Assembly (NCBI GenBank): GCA_002378195.1 | Contig: DFRJ01000004.1 | Location: 25,073 to 89,072, forward strand | DNA from: Patescibacteria group bacterium UBA3466 | GTDB taxonomy: Bacteria > Patescibacteriota > Minisyncoccia > Phycocordibacterales > UBA918 | Length of the DNA stretch: 64,000 nucleotides | Direction of reading: 5' to 3' | Part shown: positions 30,436-39,790 of the stretch, piece by piece | How the letters are laid out: every line of letters begins with the position of its first letter | Numbering within the stretch: position 1 is the first letter of the stretch | Notes under the pieces: generated by a model | What the model was told of the DNA's origin: nothing | Databases searched by the model: none | Seen by the model: only the letters and a program-made list of their open reading frames with translations | Translations under genes and position numbers: made by a program

Positions 30436-31773
30436 CTAATCAGCCGGCAACAAAGCGGCTCTAGTGTATATATTTGACGGTGCCCAAATCATCCAACTAC
30501 CTACTCCGGCGTCGTAGCTAGCTTGAATCTGTGCTCGTACATCAGCCGCATCATAGTCGCCACCATAATCAAAATCTTGAATCCACGTTCGAAACTTCTC
30601 AGGTCCATACGATGGTTTTGAGTAAAGTCCGGTAAAAGTCTCTGTGCCGCTGGCGTTCGTGGTGTAAATTGGTTCATGCAAAAAACCTTCAAGTGGTGTG
30701 GTGCTAGAAGTCATCCTATCAGCTCCGGTCTTCATAGCGTGGTAGACCACTTTGTAGGGATATTCATTTGGATTACCCAAGCCCAAGAAGCTGTTCGGGT
30801 AGTGTGATGGATAAACCATCGGAGCGATAAAATCAAAATGTGGCGCTGCCCGATCTTGGATCTGACCGATCGACAAATCGTCATAGTTAGTAGTGGTCAT
30901 ACCAAACAGGTCAGCGGAAGTGTAAGGGACTGACAACTCCCGACCAGTATTTTCGTGCTTTACTTCAGCAAAATTCTCTTCGTCTGTCATGGCCGAGTGC
31001 AGGTAAGTAAAAAATGCTTCTAGGTTGGCCGGCTTATCTAAACCATGTTCACTCAAGGCACTTTGTGGGAAATAAGTATCCAACATATTTCCGTCTGATG
31101 GATACCGAACATAATCAAAGTTGATCTCATCAAAACCTAGATTGTATGACTCAACCGCCAATTCAATGACATGATCCCAATACTCCTTACTCGCCACATC
31201 CACAAAAGACAGACCTTTGTAATCAGTCCAAACCGTCTCCTGATCTGATCGCAAGACGGCTTGATCAGGATTTTTGGGTGCATAAAACGGATCCTGAAAG
31301 ACTGTTATCCGTCCAATTACAAAAATATTATCGGCGTGTAAGCTGGCAATAAATTCCTTCATATCACGCGCACCACACTCGGCCGCCTGCCAAGCCGGCT
31401 TCCAGTCTGCACTCTCTGGCGAGAAAGCAATCGTACCGGAGTAATCTTTAATATCTATCATGACCGCGTTTACCTCTGTTTCGTTTATTAATGTACGAAG
31501 TCGCTCTCGAAAGCTTGGAGTTCCTGCTACACACGATGACATATAAATAGATTTGACTGCTTCGGGCAAAGGCACATGTGACACTACTTCGCGATCATCG
31601 ACCACAATCTCCTTCTCTTCACTTATCACAGTCGGCTTTTCTTCCACTATAGTTTGGGCTACAGGCGGTTTTTCTGGAGCTTCGGTACTTACATCAAAAA
31701 ATGGCAATGGTACGAGACACACAACAGCAAAAACAATCGCTGTTCCGACCAGTGGTGTACCGACTTTATGCAT
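30436..31773 (-). CDS. Putative glycoside hydrolase (DUF4015-like)
   Basis: NAVMIDIKD, RITVFQDP, GFDEINFDYVRYP, PMVYPSHY, WIQDF. Confidence 0.8.
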   Translation of the reverse strand: MHKVGTPLVGTAIVFAVVCLVPLPFFDVSTEAPEKPPVAQTIVEEKPTVISEEKEIVVDDREVVSHVPLPEAVKSIYMSSCVAGTPSFRERLRTLINETEVNAVMIDIKDYSGTIAFSPESADWKPAWQAAECGARDMKEFIASLHADNIFVIGRITVFQDPFYAPKNPDQAVLRSDQETVWTDYKGLSFVDVASKEYWDHVIELAVESYNLGFDEINFDYVRYPSDGNMLDTYFPQSALSEHGLDKPANLEAFFTYLHSAMTDEENFAEVKHENTGRELSVPYTSADLFGMTTTNYDDLSIGQIQDRAAPHFDFIAPMVYPSHYPNSFLGLGNPNEYPYKVVYHAMKTGADRMTSSTTPLEGFLHEPIYTTNASGTETFTGLYSKPSYGPEKFRTWIQDFDYGGDYDAADVRAQIQASYDAGVGSWMIWAPSNIYTRAALLPAD

Positions 31774-31777
31774 TCAT

Positions 31778-32020
31778 TTATTTTAGCGCACCTTCGTCAA
31801 AAAGCACTTCGGTAGTTTCGACAAACATGTCGTTACCTCTCTCCCCCTTACCGTTATCAATCCGCTTTAGATAGAGATCGCGTCTTAGAATGTAGCCAAT
31901 TAAAATTAATATAACCCCGATAGCAAGCGTGGCATATCTAACCCAATCTTCAGGCACTCCAAGAAATGGGATAATTGTGAGTAATATTCCAGCAATAAAG
32001 ACAAGGGTTTCTTTGGACAC
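31778..32020 (-). CDS. Small two-TM membrane protein
   Basis: Two hydrophobic helices around PFLGVPEDW; co-oriented with its neighbours. Confidence 0.7.
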   Translation of the reverse strand: MSKETLVFIAGILLTIIPFLGVPEDWVRYATLAIGVILILIGYILRRDLYLKRIDNGKGERGNDMFVETTEVLFDEGALK

Positions 32021-32055
32021 GGTAATTCAGTATTTAATGGCTAATTTGAAACATT

Positions 32056-32730
32056 TTAACCCGCCTCAACTATTACGACAAATTCACCTTTTTGACGGAC
32101 TGGTTCGGCTTCAAGCAGCTCAGTGATTTCTGCTGGAGTACCAATTAACATTTCTTCGTGCAGCTTGGTGAGTTCACGACCAATATAGACAGTAACGTCT
32201 GGGTACATTTCATTGAGATTAGAAAGTGCTTTCATGATGCGGTGAGTCGATTCGAAAAAAACTGCCGGTTGAGCATGTTCGGCCAGACTTTTGAAGAAAG
32301 TTTCTCTGCCTTTTTTCTGGGGCACAAAACCGAGGAAGGTAAATTGATTACCAGGGATACCAGCCAAGGATACTGCGGCTGTGACAGCTGACGGACCGGG
32401 AATAGTCTCTATCTGAACACCCACTTCGCGGGCGCCCTTAATAAGCAGTACCCCAGGGTCACTTACCCCAGGTGTACCAGCATCTGATACTAATGCGTAA
32501 TGCGTCCCGTCTTGTAACTCGGAGAGAATCTGTTCATGAACTGACTGACTAGCATGAGCGTCGTAGCGCTTCAGAGGTTTTTTAATTTCGTAGTGAGCCA
32601 ACAACCTACCGGTCACCCTGGTATCTTCACACAACACAACCTCACACTCTTTTAGTGTACGAAGTGCTCGCAGGGTAATATCCTCTAAGTTCCCGATTGG
32701 AGTCGCGACGATTGATAATTTGCCTGACAT
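32056..32730 (-). CDS. rsmI: 16S rRNA (cytidine1402-2'-O)-methyltransferase
   Basis: VATPIGNLEDITLRA, CEDTR, VSDAGTPGVSDPG, RELTKLHEE, KGEF. Confidence 0.95.
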   Translation of the reverse strand: MSGKLSIVATPIGNLEDITLRALRTLKECEVVLCEDTRVTGRLLAHYEIKKPLKRYDAHASQSVHEQILSELQDGTHYALVSDAGTPGVSDPGVLLIKGAREVGVQIETIPGPSAVTAAVSLAGIPGNQFTFLGFVPQKKGRETFFKSLAEHAQPAVFFESTHRIMKALSNLNEMYPDVTVYIGRELTKLHEEMLIGTPAEITELLEAEPVRQKGEFVVIVEAG

Positions 32731-32759
32731 AATGCTTGAACCATAGCACTAACAAATCA

Positions 32760-32803
32760 AATATAAAAGCGGCGGAGGCTTTCGCCTCCGCCGCTTTTAT
32801 ATT
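32760..32803. terminator. Intrinsic terminator after metK
   Basis: AATATAAAAGCGGCGGAGGC-tttc-GCCTCCGCCGCTTTTATATT. Confidence 0.85.
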
Positions 32804-32813
32804 CCACCAAACT

Positions 32814-33761
32814 CTATTTCCAGTTAAATCCGCGTCCAAAGTGACCCCAAGCAGCCGTGTCTTTGTAGATTGGCTGATCTAACTGCAAAAAACTCTTAAT
32901 GCCCTGCGGAGTAAGATCGTAGCCCGTCACTTCTTCTGGCAAACCGTCGACCGTTGCCACCGCCATCAGTGCCTCTGGGTGACCAATCGCATAGGCTAGT
33001 TTCACCAATACTGTCTGCGCTGCGGGATTCTTTTCTAAGTAATCTACCGCAATCCTTCTTGCCATATAGGCAGCACTTCTATCCACCTTACTCGGATCCT
33101 TCCCTGAAAATGCTCCCCCTCCGACTGCAATTTCTGGCCCGTAGTTGTCGACAATAATCTTTCGACCAGTCAGTCCGGCATCAGCATCAAACCCACCTTG
33201 AGTCCAATCTCCGGCTGGGTTTATATGATATTCCTTAGCACCCGGGATCACCGATTCTACTAAAGGCTTTAACTCACTGGTTGGTGCATTTTGAAAACTG
33301 CACACTACGGACTGTACTTCCCCATCTTGATTGAGCGTCACTTGAGTCTTTCCATCATACGGGTACTTCTCATACACCTTCTGGCAAAGTCCGCGAGCCA
33401 GTTCATATTCTTTTGGCATGTATGTGTCAGTTTCTCTTGTAGCATAGCCAGTCATAATTCCTTGATCTCCCGCTCCGCCGGTGTCGACCCCCTGAGCGAT
33501 CTCCGGACTCTGCTCTACCACATGCACCGACAAGTCATATTTGCCTCCCACGATCTCTTCCACAATCGCACAGATATCAACCCCTTTGGCTTTTGAGGTA
33601 ACTTCTCCAGTGACAAAAATTTTTCCATGCGAGCCCACCGCCTCTACTGCCACTCGGCTATTTGGGTCTTGTTCTAGATAAGCATCTAGGACTGCATCTG
33701 ATATTCGGTCACATACTTTGTCTGGATGTCCAGGTGATACACATTCGGCTGTTCTTAACAT
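32814..33761 (-). CDS. metK: S-adenosylmethionine synthetase, compact form
   Basis: GHPDKVCD, GAGDQG, DGKTQV, GLTGRKIIVDNYG, GGGAFSGKDPSKVDRSAAY, GHFG. Confidence 0.95.
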   Translation of the reverse strand: MLRTAECVSPGHPDKVCDRISDAVLDAYLEQDPNSRVAVEAVGSHGKIFVTGEVTSKAKGVDICAIVEEIVGGKYDLSVHVVEQSPEIAQGVDTGGAGDQGIMTGYATRETDTYMPKEYELARGLCQKVYEKYPYDGKTQVTLNQDGEVQSVVCSFQNAPTSELKPLVESVIPGAKEYHINPAGDWTQGGFDADAGLTGRKIIVDNYGPEIAVGGGAFSGKDPSKVDRSAAYMARRIAVDYLEKNPAAQTVLVKLAYAIGHPEALMAVATVDGLPEEVTGYDLTPQGIKSFLQLDQPIYKDTAAWGHFGRGFNWK

Positions 33762-33787
33762 AATGTTTTCTGTTTATGATTAAAGCA

Positions 33788-33810
33788 CAAAATGCACCCA
33801 TAAGGTGCAC
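33788..33810 (-). terminator. Terminator in the expression platform of the metK riboswitch
   Basis: Minus strand TGCACC-ttatg-GGTGCA-TTTT, between the aptamer and the metK start. Confidence 0.65.
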
Positions 33811-33822
33811 CAGAGGAGTTAC

Positions 33823-33988
33823 GCATCTACCCTTGCTCATGAATTAATTACTGAATTAATTCATGAGCAAGGTTGAAGGTCGCACCGTTCTCGATTGAGT
33901 GGTTGCGGATGGGGTCTTGAGCGGGAAAATTTTCTGTCGAAAATTTTCCCGCTCATCAGGTCAATTCCCTAACCCATACTCTGGATAC
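33823..33988 (-). promoter_or_regulatory. SAM-I (S-box) riboswitch aptamer upstream of metK
   Basis: Minus strand reads GUAUCCAGAG..AGGGA..CCUGAUGA..AGACC..GCAACC..GGUGC..AGAUGC, the SAM-I consensus landmarks in order; P1 is GUAUC/GAUGC. Confidence 0.85.
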
Positions 33989-34118
33989 TGGTATTTATTT
34001 GTGTCTATATATTATACCCCGCGGAAAGAGAAAAAGTTATAGTATTGATTTAAAGTCTTTTTAGTGTTGTAATAGAGATAATCAAGTTCCCTTTCTAGTT
34101 ATTTATAAGGAGATCCGA

Positions 34119-34688
34119 ATGGACTCACTGATGATCTTTCTGTCATCTTTTGCTCTCGTCTTTGTTGGCGAGCTAGGAGATAAAACTCAGATCGCTTCAG
34201 GCACTGGCGCTCTTGCTAACCGCCGCCGAGCTACGATTATATTTTGGAGTTCAATAGCCGCCTTAGTTACAGTAGCCGGCAGCACTGTCTTTTTAGCGGG
34301 ATTAATACCCGAAGGTTTTGTTCCAACTATCTCGGTGATTGGCGGAATACTGCTCATTATCTATGCAATCTATCTTTTTATCGATGCTCATCAAGAAAAA
34401 GATGAGAGCGAAGAAGAAAGTGGTACGAACTGGGCTCTTTTTATCTCTCACTTCACTATTGTATTTATTGCTGAATTAGGAGATAAAACTCAAATTGCCA
34501 CCTTAGCAATTTCGGTAGAAAATCAAACAAACCTATGGTTGGTATTCTACGCCTCGTCATCTGCTCTAATTGCAGTGACAGCCATCACCGTTTGGGGAGC
34601 ATCCAAAATACCAGCCAGTAAGATACCTTTGATTCAAAAATTGGGCGCCCTTTCAATGGCATCTTACGGTGTCTACATGGTACTTTAA
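34119..34688 (+). CDS. TMEM165/GDT1 (UPF0016) family cation transporter
   Basis: Two ELGDKTQ motifs in a hydrophobic protein. Confidence 0.92.
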   Translation: MDSLMIFLSSFALVFVGELGDKTQIASGTGALANRRRATIIFWSSIAALVTVAGSTVFLAGLIPEGFVPTISVIGGILLIIYAIYLFIDAHQEKDESEEESGTNWALFISHFTIVFIAELGDKTQIATLAISVENQTNLWLVFYASSSALIAVTAITVWGASKIPASKIPLIQKLGALSMASYGVYMVL

Positions 34689-34694
34689 AACAAA

Positions 34695-34731
34695 TGGGCG
34701 GTGTACTCGGTACACCGCCCACTTTCTTTTT
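34695..34731 (+). terminator. Intrinsic terminator
   Basis: TGGGCGGTGTAC-tcg-GTACACCGCCCA followed by a T-rich tail. Confidence 0.8.
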
Positions 34732-34737
34732 ATATTT

Positions 34738-36042
34738 CTATTTAACCAAATCTCCAGCCAGCTTCGTAACATCCCCCGCTCCCATGACCACCACCACATC
34801 GTTTTGGTCGATGTTAGCTCGTAGGGTTTTTTCAGCCTCCTCAAAAGACTCTGCGAAGCTGGAGTTTTTATTAAACTCAATCGCCTTAACCGACAACTCC
34901 CTACTCGACACACCCGTTTCGTTTACCTCACGCGCAGAGTAGATTGGTAAGAAAATCACCTCATCCGCATGACCAACCGCTCGCGCAAAATCATCAAACA
35001 ACTCCGCGGTGCGTGTGTAGGTGTGCGGCTGAAATACGATCGTCAATCGTTTATCCGGATACAACTCGCGGACTCCGCTAATACTGGCCACAATTTCGGT
35101 CGGGTGATGAGCGTAGTCATCATAAACTGGCGCTTCATTAAGTTCACCCTTATATTCAAACCGACGCCAAGTACCAGCAAAGTTTTGCAGGGCCAACTTA
35201 GCCTCATCGATATCTAATTTTTCATTTTTTGCCACCGCCAGCGCTGCCGCGGCGTTAAGTCTATTGTGAACCCCTGGTTGCTTTAGATTTAAGGCTGGAT
35301 CAAAAAAATCCATATAGTTAACCACCGGCACATGAAGATCCTGTAGCACGGGCGCCAAGTTTTCATCGCCGGTATCAGCGATCACTAACCCTTTCTCATC
35401 TACCTGCAAAGCCAGTTGTCGGAAAGACTGTTGCACAGCCGCTAAGTCTTTATAGAAATCTACGTGTTCATGTTCGAGGTTGGTAATTACCAAAACATCA
35501 GGTTTCAGGTGCAAAAAGTCTCCCTTATACTCACACGCTTCGACAATAGCGTACTTGCTCTTACCAGCGCGGTAGTTACTCTTGGTCTTTGCTCGCAATG
35601 AACCAATCACGGCCGTTGGATCTTTTTCCGCCTGCTCAAAAATATCAGCCAGCATGGCGGTAGTGGTAGTTTTTCCATGTGTACCCGCCACGGCAATTTC
35701 GTAGTAGGGATTCATTGCGAGGCCAAGCGCCGAAAAATAATTCATGGTTGGTATCTTAGATTGTCTCGCCATTTCCAGCTCTGCCCAACCAGCACTAGTC
35801 GGAGTTACCGCTTCCGTGTAGACCACCAGATCTAATTCCTTAGTGATGTTTTGTTCCGAATGTTCAGCAAATACTTGCACTCCTTCCTCTGAGAGAGACT
35901 TGGTAAGATCAGATAAAACATCGCTGGAACCACTCACCAGCTTTTTTTCAGACAGAAAATGCCGCGCCAGTGCGGACATACCAATACCGCCAACACCGAT
36001 GAAATGCACTCTGGAAACCTTATTTAGATCAAGATTTGACAT
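34738..36042 (-). CDS. murC: UDP-N-acetylmuramate--L-alanine ligase
   Basis: HFIGVGGIGMSALA, GTHGKTTTT, VEACEY, RRFE, DDYAHHPTE, FQPH, MGAGD; start moved to ATG 36042. Confidence 0.95.
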   Translation of the reverse strand: MSNLDLNKVSRVHFIGVGGIGMSALARHFLSEKKLVSGSSDVLSDLTKSLSEEGVQVFAEHSEQNITKELDLVVYTEAVTPTSAGWAELEMARQSKIPTMNYFSALGLAMNPYYEIAVAGTHGKTTTTAMLADIFEQAEKDPTAVIGSLRAKTKSNYRAGKSKYAIVEACEYKGDFLHLKPDVLVITNLEHEHVDFYKDLAAVQQSFRQLALQVDEKGLVIADTGDENLAPVLQDLHVPVVNYMDFFDPALNLKQPGVHNRLNAAAALAVAKNEKLDIDEAKLALQNFAGTWRRFEYKGELNEAPVYDDYAHHPTEIVASISGVRELYPDKRLTIVFQPHTYTRTAELFDDFARAVGHADEVIFLPIYSAREVNETGVSSRELSVKAIEFNKNSSFAESFEEAEKTLRANIDQNDVVVVMGAGDVTKLAGDLVK

Positions 36043-36107
36043 ATCGCTAGCGTAGCATATTATCATCTCGGACACTCTTTACATCAATCCTTTGGAGAGC
36101 TACAACC

Positions 36108-36851
36108 ATGGCAATTGCCCAATCGAAAATCCATCACAACAGTGACTACACTGTCGCCCTCTTTGGACCCGATCATTCACCCCAGGAAATCCGTACTGAA
36201 GCTATCAGTCTTGGCGCGGACCCCGAACAAATCTGTTTTGTAAAATCAGCCAGCGACAAAAATAGTCCTGGTTTCATGGAAATACATCCGCCGGTATTTG
36301 GCCCAACCAATACGGTCGATCACATCAAAGCTGATGCGACCTATATCGGACCCGGACAAGCAGCAGTTTTTCGTACCGCTGGTTGTTTGGTCGGTGTTGA
36401 ATTTGAACGCAGGTCTCACCAAGCTGTAGTTTGGCACGGTGGTCGCGCCGCCATGACCCCACAAAGAAACGGCCCAGTATACTTCAACATACTCAATCTC
36501 TGTCACGAAAAATTGGTACTAGGGATAGCTGAACCGGAGCTGGAAATGTATCTTACTGGCTGTATTGGTGCCGATAACTTCAAGCACGATCACCCGGAAG
36601 CGCGCGGACTAATCTCTCCCTTTGCATCAAACTTTCCGATTGAAGTTGCTTTCAATAGCTACAAGCTGGGCACTCTTGACCTCAAGCGCATCGCGCGCTT
36701 TCAGGCTATCGAACAGATCGGTATACCGGAGCGAAACATCAAGGATGATGGACTTTGCACCGCAAGCACCAGTTGGTTGGCTGACTTTCGCACCGCTACT
36801 ACCAAGGAAGGAAAATTAGCTCGTAACTACATTGTTGTAATTGTTCATTGA
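36108..36851 (+). CDS. Divergent YfiH/PgeF (polyphenol oxidase/purine nucleoside phosphorylase-like) family protein
   Basis: ADA, TAGC (cf. TADC), HGGR (cf. HAGW), GCIG, LDL, LCT and RN motifs. Confidence 0.65.
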   Translation: MAIAQSKIHHNSDYTVALFGPDHSPQEIRTEAISLGADPEQICFVKSASDKNSPGFMEIHPPVFGPTNTVDHIKADATYIGPGQAAVFRTAGCLVGVEFERRSHQAVVWHGGRAAMTPQRNGPVYFNILNLCHEKLVLGIAEPELEMYLTGCIGADNFKHDHPEARGLISPFASNFPIEVAFNSYKLGTLDLKRIARFQAIEQIGIPERNIKDDGLCTASTSWLADFRTATTKEGKLARNYIVVIVH

Positions 36852-36868
36852 GAGGATGTTCCTTACTC

Positions 36869-36901
36869 AAAAGGGCGCGGTCTTTAGACCGCGCCCTTTT
36901 T
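36869..36901. terminator. Bidirectional intrinsic terminator
   Basis: AAAAGGGCGCGGTC-ttta-GACCGCGCCCTTTT between convergent genes. Confidence 0.85.
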
Positions 36902-38263
36902 CTATTCCCCTATCAATTGCTGAGCCAACCTTACAAACTGATCGTTGCGGTCGTATTCATTTTTATACTCTTTACCAAATGATGAAAAACCGGGGCTAAA
37001 CAAAATCACGTTGCCCGGAGCGGCGGTCGCAAAGGCAGCAGTCACACATTCGGCTAATGTGGCATGTTCTTCATTAGTCACACTCTCTGGCAAGGCGGCC
37101 TTGAGAGCTTCAGTTCCGGTGCCACTATAGAGCACTACGTGAGAACAACGCTGCGCGATCGTGTCTGGCAACGCTCCTAGCTCAATCTGCTTATCGGTAC
37201 CACCAACGATCAACACCACATCATTTTCTCCTCCGACCGCTTCCAGTCCCGCGACGGTTGCTTGCGGTGTCGTGGCGTTATTATCGTTGTACACCGCAAC
37301 TGTTTCTTTGGCACCAAGGTATTGCAAACGTCCCTCTACCCCACCAAAACTCGCTAGAGCGGGCCAGATTTCTTCATCAGTCAGACTTATCGCCTTGAGC
37401 GCCTCATATGCGAGTGCAGCGTTCAAGCGATTGTGCTCACCCGGCATCGCCAACAGCGAATCATCAGGAATGACTGAAGCGTCAGCCAATCGCACCTCCT
37501 GCCCCAAACTCACCCCCGACAATTGCTTTGCTCTATCAAATACTGCTGGAGTTGTGATCAGCACACCACTTTCTTCCTGGTGCGCAAAAATATTTGCCTT
37601 ATCGGCAAAGTACTGCTGCATAGCCTCTTCCTTCGTTTTACCGCCAGACTGGTAGTAATTCAAATGGTCTTCCATAAAGTTAGTAAAGACGGCGATCTGT
37701 GGTGAAATCTGTGACCAGCCAAAGCCTTGCAACTGCCACGAGTCGAGCTCCATGACACAGAGTGAATCCTCTTTCACTTCTTTTAGTAGCTGTAGGTTTG
37801 AAACCCCTCGAATATTGCCGCCAAGTAAAATCTTCTCACCAGTCACCTGCGCAAGCGTATGATGAATCATATGAGTCACCGTACTCTTACCCCGTGTTCC
37901 GGTGACACCAATAATTGGTATCTTGGCTAATTCTGCAAACCAGGCAGCCGACTGTTTTACCGACACTCCAGCCTCCCGGGCCGCTTGAATTTCCGGAGAA
38001 TCAATCGGGGCGCCAGCTCCTACCAACAGATAGTCACAATCTGTAAAGTGTTCGGTTTGATATGGCCCGAAGGTGAATTTCACATTATTGTAGTCAGCCA
38101 ACGCATCAACGGCTGGCTGCATGGCCTCCTTTGCAGCATCATCAACTACATGCACTTCGGCGCCAGCTTCGGCCAGATAAGCTGTATCGCCAATCCCGCG
38201 ACCCAAGAGACCAATCCGCATTACTGTCACCTTCTTATTTTTAAAATAGTCTTTAAATTCCAT
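36902..38263 (-). CDS. murD: UDP-N-acetylmuramoyl-L-alanine--D-glutamate ligase
   Basis: VTGTRGKST, GGNI, ELDSWQL, DHLNY, GRLQ, NDNNAT, GGTDK, SPG. Confidence 0.92.
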   Translation of the reverse strand: MEFKDYFKNKKVTVMRIGLLGRGIGDTAYLAEAGAEVHVVDDAAKEAMQPAVDALADYNNVKFTFGPYQTEHFTDCDYLLVGAGAPIDSPEIQAAREAGVSVKQSAAWFAELAKIPIIGVTGTRGKSTVTHMIHHTLAQVTGEKILLGGNIRGVSNLQLLKEVKEDSLCVMELDSWQLQGFGWSQISPQIAVFTNFMEDHLNYYQSGGKTKEEAMQQYFADKANIFAHQEESGVLITTPAVFDRAKQLSGVSLGQEVRLADASVIPDDSLLAMPGEHNRLNAALAYEALKAISLTDEEIWPALASFGGVEGRLQYLGAKETVAVYNDNNATTPQATVAGLEAVGGENDVVLIVGGTDKQIELGALPDTIAQRCSHVVLYSGTGTEALKAALPESVTNEEHATLAECVTAAFATAAPGNVILFSPGFSSFGKEYKNEYDRNDQFVRLAQQLIGE

Positions 38264-38346
38264 AGCGTCATCATAGAAAAAAACCTCTCAAAAAGCTAGT
38301 GTTTAGAAACGCATTTTTATTATCCTGGCTGCGGTATACTTTAAGC

Positions 38347-38553
38347 ATGAAACATCAAGGTCAAAAACGATCATTAGAATCGTACAAAATATTTCCCTAT
38401 GTAGCTTGGACTACATCAATTTTATTCGCTTTTTTTGTGTACAACATAGCTATGGAACTGCAAACTGTTGCTGATCAACTGCAAGCCCAGGCGGAGAGCC
38501 TAGAAACTAAAGCCAATATGGCACCAGAGGCAATTGTAGATTTCGAATCATAA
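38347..38553 (+). CDS. Small single-TM hypothetical protein
   Basis: ATG 38347 lies 6 nt after TATACT; TM helix followed by a short coiled coil. Confidence 0.65.
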   Translation: MKHQGQKRSLESYKIFPYVAWTTSILFAFFVYNIAMELQTVADQLQAQAESLETKANMAPEAIVDFES

Positions 38554-38556
38554 GCC

Positions 38557-39132
38557 ATGAAAAAACAGCTTCGTTTAGCTGCCACCATCCTCGCCATCAT
38601 AATCGTTTTTTGTGTGATGGTGTTTTTTTCTGAATCACTAGCCAGCAACGAAACTGTGATCCACCTTACCGACAAACTCGGCTACCTGGGCGTTACTATT
38701 GTCGCTATAATTGCCGGACTCAACACCGTCATACCACTGCCGGCTGCTACCTTTACTCCGATTTTTCAAAGTGCTGGACTCGCCTTACCATTCATAATTT
38801 TTTTCCTAGCCTTAGGCACCCTCATTGCCGATAGCATCGGTTTCCTCCTCGGTCATGTCAGTAAAGATTTGGTCGAAACCAAATACCCTAAGCTCTTTTC
38901 ATTTATTACCAACATTCAAGAAAATCACCACCGTCTCATCTTGCCAGTAGTCACTGGTTACGCCGCCTTTGTCCCTTTCCCAAATGAAGTCTTATTAATC
39001 CCTTTAGCATTGGCGGGCATCAAATTTAGATATTTGCTACTCCCACTCATCGTCGGAAACATCATTCACCAAGCTGTACTCATCTTTGGCATTGATGGCT
39101 TAAGACAACTATTGTCACAAATCACACTTTAG
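38557..39132 (+). CDS. DedA/VTT-like membrane protein
   Basis: IPLP, LGTLIADSIGFLLG and PFPNE patterns; multiple TM helices. Confidence 0.7.
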   Translation: MKKQLRLAATILAIIIVFCVMVFFSESLASNETVIHLTDKLGYLGVTIVAIIAGLNTVIPLPAATFTPIFQSAGLALPFIIFFLALGTLIADSIGFLLGHVSKDLVETKYPKLFSFITNIQENHHRLILPVVTGYAAFVPFPNEVLLIPLALAGIKFRYLLLPLIVGNIIHQAVLIFGIDGLRQLLSQITL

Positions 39133-39496
39133 GTTCAAAATGCTTCCGCTCAGCAGTAGCGCCTCCTGACTCTTCCCACTTTGGCATCATGTACACTGCG
39201 GAGATTAGACCAGTCTGTAAAATTGGCTGATGATAATACTCCATTACAAACTCTTGTAAGTCATGTTCTTTGATAACATCTTCATCATCGTTATCTTCAA
39301 AGTAATCAAAGACAGTAAAACCTTTTTCACGAAGGATTTCTTGCGCCCTAATAAAACGTTTCAAATTTTCATCATAACCAAAGCCTCCTGAGGTAATAGG
39401 ACCACTTACTCTCACAACTGGTTGTGGTAGTGCTTTTAATCTTTCGATGGCTCCGGTTGTGATTTCTTCCATCATCTCCTTTTGTATTGGTGTCAT
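39122..39496 (-). CDS. DUF4406-like (NDT-fold) protein
   Basis: VSGPIT...F...LREKGFTV...MMPKWEESGGATAE. Confidence 0.7.
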   Translation of the reverse strand: MTPIQKEMMEEITTGAIERLKALPQPVVRVSGPITSGGFGYDENLKRFIRAQEILREKGFTVFDYFEDNDDEDVIKEHDLQEFVMEYYHQPILQTGLISAVYMMPKWEESGGATAERKHFEPKV

Positions 39497-39546
39497 AATT
39501 ACTACTTAACATAGCATAAAAAGTGCTTCCATATCTCATCAAAATC

Positions 39547-39555
39547 TGTTATAGT
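39547..39555 (+). promoter_or_regulatory. Extended -10 promoter for the structured RNA / tRNA-Ile transcript
   Basis: TGtTATAGT immediately upstream of the structured region. Confidence 0.5.
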
Positions 39556-39559
39556 GCTT

Positions 39560-39687
39560 GCCACTGAAGTCCGTGCGAGCTGAAATATTTAAACTGCTTT
39601 AAATATTTCCCGGTCACGAAGTGAATCATCGATGTTTACGAGATGATAGGAGACTAGAGCATTCTCCTGACTTCTTACAGAAGCGGT
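39560..39687 (+). ncRNA. Candidate structured RNA (four-way junction) of unknown family
   Basis: Helices GAAGTC/GACTTC, CGTG/CACG (enclosing a 12-bp AT hairpin), ATCATC/GATGAT and AGGAGA/TCTCCT. Confidence 0.45.
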
Positions 39688-39716
39688 ATACCATTTGGAT
39701 AATTTGTTTTCTTTGT

Positions 39717-39790
39717 CCGTGCTTAGCTCAGTTGGCTAGAGCATTCGACTGATACTCGAAAGGTCCTAGGTTCAAATCCTAGAGCACGGA
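39717..39790 (+). tRNA. tRNA-Ile(GAU), CCA not encoded
   Basis: Acceptor CCGTGCT/AGCACGG, D arm GCTC/GAGC, anticodon arm TTCGA-CT GAT AC-TCGAA, T arm CTAGG-TTCAAAT-CCTAG. Confidence 0.92.
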
